Of a stretch of DNA of 64,000 nt, positions 63,390-64,000 are shown piece after piece. The notes beneath the pieces are model-generated. The model searched no databases. It had not been told where the DNA came from and worked only from the letters and a program-made list of their open reading frames with translations. How positions within the stretch are numbered: the stretch's first letter is position 1; each line of letters starts with the position of its first letter. Source of the DNA: Alcaligenaceae bacterium (lineage in GTDB: Bacteria > Pseudomonadota > Gammaproteobacteria > Burkholderiales > Burkholderiaceae_B); assembly GCA_029265795.1 (NCBI GenBank), contig JAJUGV010000002.1, positions 26,873-90,872 of the forward strand, given 5' to 3'. The position numbers and the translations under genes are program-made.

Positions 63390-63770
63390 TCAGAAGAACC
63401 AGGACGCAGGATGGCGATGTAGCGCGACCCCTACGATATAGAAGAAAACCAGGACGGCGATGATGGCGGCTATGGCACGGCTTCGCGGCGTGCGCCCCCG
63501 CTTGATCGCGATGGTGCCGACACCGATGTAAACCAGCAGTAGCAAGATTTTTGTCAGGACCCAAGGTTGCGCGGCGGCGGCACCCAACATCATGGACAGA
63601 AGAATCGCGGCGACCAGCAGTACGGTATCAATAACGTGCGGGGCGATTTTGACGAATTTCTTCTGCAGCAAAGCATTTTCTGTGACAGACCAATAGGCCC
63701 GGATGATGAAGAACAAGATGCTGAGGCCGGCGGCAGTGACGTGTAGGTGCTTGATAAGCAAATAGTTCAT
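63390..63770 (-). CDS. SirB2 family membrane protein
   Basis: IKHLH, APHVIDTVLL, WVLTK, YIGVG. Confidence 0.88.
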   Translation of the reverse strand: MNYLLIKHLHVTAAGLSILFFIIRAYWSVTENALLQKKFVKIAPHVIDTVLLVAAILLSMMLGAAAAQPWVLTKILLLLVYIGVGTIAIKRGRTPRSRAIAAIIAVLVFFYIVGVALHRHPASWFF

Positions 63771-63867
63771 GTCGGGGTCGTGTCAGAAGTTGAAGAGGTG
63801 GTCGAGCGCTCGTAATCGGCCGCGTGCCGGTCTATGGGTTTCTAGTATAGAAGAACCATCGCCCTTC

Positions 63868-64000
63868 CTATTTGAGTCCCAGCTTGCGAGCGCGTTTGTG
63901 CAAGTTACTGGAATCGATATCCAGCATGCGCGCAGCCTGCGCCCAGTTGTTGTCGGCAGCCGCCAGGGCCTTCTGTATCAGACTGCGCTCGTAATCCTCG
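63868..64000 (-). CDS. Sigma-54 activator C-terminal Fis-type HTH, NorR-like (partial)
   Basis: Manual translation EDYERSLIQKALAAADNNWAQAARMLDIDSSNLHKRARKLGLK*. Confidence 0.75.
   Translation of the reverse strand, partial: EDYERSLIQKALAAADNNWAQAARMLDIDSSNLHKRARKLGLK

Overview
GC-rich betaproteobacterial chromosome segment; gene order and a Bug/TctC protein suggest Alcaligenaceae (inference). Bases 1-38 kb are mostly core genes: scoAB, aminopeptidase P, pyrG-kdsA-(MFS, MarR)-eno-ftsB, hslO, leuS-lptE-holA-proA-hemJ, rpmBG, cfa, a ProXWV-type ABC transporter, rpmE, radC, slpA-ispH, maiA and an MCP. Bases 39-61 kb are accessory and include tRNA-Thr(CGT) and tRNA-Asn(GTT). This part holds: (i) a Bug-MarR-flavin monooxygenase-DUF2783 unit behind a perfect FNR-type box; (ii) a BCCT transporter convergent with a cNMP/CBS/DUF294 nucleotidyltransferase and a DEDDh exonuclease, a candidate writer/eraser switch for transport; (iii) a six-gene periplasmic type II molybdoenzyme operon most like dimethylsulfide dehydrogenase (ddhABDC), extended by an Nbp35-like ATPase and a large beta-propeller protein; (iv) two unannotated tandem 28-aa membrane peptides upstream of ddhA that both end W-[IL]-H-x-R-[DE]. 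I saw no integrase, transposase or CRISPR array. Family calls come from motif recognition, not database searches.
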